Position numbers and translations under genes: made by a program | Assembly (NCBI GenBank): GCA_030390025.1 | Contig: CM059432.1 | Coordinates: forward strand, 150,910,001 to 150,974,000 | Length of the DNA stretch: 64,000 nt | From: Squalus acanthias | Taxonomy: Eukaryota | Direction of reading: 5' to 3' | Notes under the pieces: generated by a model | Told to the model about the DNA's origin: nothing | Databases searched by the model: none | What the model saw: only the letters and a program-made list of their open reading frames with translations | Part shown: positions 62,089 through 64,000 of the stretch, piece after piece | Layout of the letters: each line of letters begins with the position of its first letter | Numbering within the stretch: the stretch's first letter is position 1

Positions 62089-62707
62089 ATTGCGCGTGAT
62101 TTGCCGAGGCTGGGCCTATGTTCCCTTTGCATTGCCTGGGATTTCCAGGGGCGTCCTGTGGGTGGGGAGATGGGGTGCAAGCATTGTATTCCAATTTAAG
62201 TAAGGTGGGAGTCTGATAACAACTCTTCTCGCCTCATTTCCCTCTCTTTACAGCAGGCAAACACCCAACTGGAGAAGCACCAAGAGGGACTGGACATTAA
62301 TGCCCAGCCCCGCTTAGGCTGGAGGACTTGAGGAGGGCCCGACAGCAGGATAACCAGGAGAGGGTAAATATTCACTTCTGTGGTGAGGCAGAATGGCAGA
62401 GTGATTGGCAGGATTCTGAGGAAATGCTCTCAACAACACAGCAAATTCTGAAAGCAATGTTTGTCACATGGCTTTTAAATCGGTACAAATCTGGGACATC
62501 AGTCCATTACATTAATAAATCTATTACAAGAACCATTTGCCATAAAAATAGAAATTGCAAATGTACTTTCAATGTTGTAATTCACTTGAAAATCATGCTG
62601 TCACTTATAATGAAACAATAGTTAGACATGTATTATTGATGAAGTAACGCATGACAAATGAAAATGAATGGGCAGATGACGTTATGATGCCAAGTTACTT
62701 ACATCAA

Positions 62708-63427
62708 GTGTGAGCCTTGGCTCAGTGCTAGTACTCATACCTCTGAGGCAGCAGATTGTGGGTTCAAGCCACACTCCAAGAAGTTAGCTTGTAATCTAGG
62801 CTGACTCACAAGTACAGTAATGAGGGAGTAGTGCAGTCAGAAGTGTTGTCTTTCGGATGACGTGTTAAACCAATGCCCCATCTGCCTGCTCAGGTGGACA
62901 GAGAAGTTCCTGTGGCACTGTCTGAAGAGCAGGGCCGGTGTCCTGGCTGGCATTTATTCCTCAACCTAGATTCCATGGCACCACTTCGAAGAAGAGCAGG
63001 GGAGTTCTCCCCGGTGTCCAAGCCAATATTTATCCCTTAGCCAACATCGCTAAAAAAAAAACAGATTATCTGGTCATTAGCACATTGCTGTTTGTGGAAC
63101 CTTGCAGATTGGCTGCCGCGTTTCCCTATATTACAAAAGTGGCTACACTCTGAAAGCATTTCACTGGCTGAAAAGCACTTTGGGACATCCTGAGGTCATG
63201 AAAGAAGCTATTATACAAGCAAGTCCGATTTTTCTTTTTTTCTTTCAACCAACACCGGCAAATACAGATGGATGGGTCATTCATCTCCTTGCTGCTTGTG
63301 GGAACTTGCTGTGCACAAATTGGCCTCATATGCTTGAATTTCAAAAGTACTTCATTGGCTGTGAAGCGCTTTGGGATGTCCCAAGGATATGAAAGGTGCT
63401 ATATAAATGCAAGTTGCTTCTTTCTTT
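62708..63427 (+). mobile_element. Composite/nested Deu-domain SINEs
   Basis: One head, with the core/tail occurring twice (tails near 63230 and 63420). Confidence 0.72.
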
Positions 63428-63484
63428 ATATCATTTATAAATAAATAGTTAAAATCAAAACCTTCACCTAAATGGTAACATAGA

Positions 63485-63978
63485 GGCCGAGAAATTCGAT
63501 GCCGTAACGACGGCCGTTAAGGCTGGTTATGTAGAAAAAATGGCGGCCGCCTCCCTTCTGCCCGCTTCCGGCGCGGGACACGGCAGCCTCCATTTTGGTG
63601 CCGTTGACAGCGCTGGCCTCTCAGATTTCAAGAAGCAGATTATGATGTCAAACGGCATGCAACACCTGATTTGACACCACGACAACTCTCCATTACGGCA
63701 GTTCCCCTTTAAGGGCTCGACACTGCTTCCTAAAATGACAGGCTAGCTTTAAGAGAATGCTGCCTTGCTCCAGGGACGCTACGGCCACAGTACATTGAGC
63801 CTCCCACTGAGATAACCGCCCGAAACACCGCGTCACACAGTAGGTTTTGCGCTGCGCTCATTTAAATCAGTAGGTGGCACCAAAATACCGGTGCTACTTG
63901 CGCTCATTTTGCAGGCGGCCGTTAAACTTGGCTCACGGTGGCACTGCCCGTTTTTGGGCTTAATCAAATTTCTAGGCC
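63485..63978 (+). mobile_element. Non-autonomous derivative related to the 29534-34299 Harbinger
   Basis: TIR ggccgagaaatt / aatttctaggcc; both subterminal regions align by eye to the large element. Confidence 0.78.
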
Positions 63979-64000
63979 AGGATTTTCACTATAGAAAAAT

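Overview
Repeat-dominated vertebrate genomic DNA, probably a large intron or intergenic stretch. The repeat families (CR1, RTE, L2, Penelope-like, Deu-domain SINEs, Harbinger) fit a cartilaginous fish (shark) best; this is an inference I cannot verify. No host protein-coding gene is recognisable. The main elements are: (1) a young 4.5-kb Ty3/Gypsy (Mag-like) LTR retrotransposon with LTRs identical at 214/215 nt and a 5-bp TSD, nested in an RTE LINE that also holds a near-intact full-length CR1; (2) a second, decayed full-length CR1 carrying a pogo/Tigger-type MITE; (3) a complete but decayed PIF/Harbinger transposon (transposase plus Myb/SANT gene) and many MITE derivatives; (4) Penelope-like fragments carrying minimal hammerhead ribozymes; (5) a Tx1 fragment and several minisatellites. 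The most unusual signals are a Gypsy element with no tRNA primer-binding site but a perfect 13-nt complement of its own LTR at that position (possible self-priming, plus a YLDN RT motif), a LINE whose endonuclease frame sits directly behind a tRNA-derived Pol III-type head within one insertion, tandem monomer 5' ends and splice signals in two different CR1 families, and a twin-priming-type 5' inversion in an RTE. Coordinates were read by eye and repeat edges are approximate unless a TSD or TIR is quoted.
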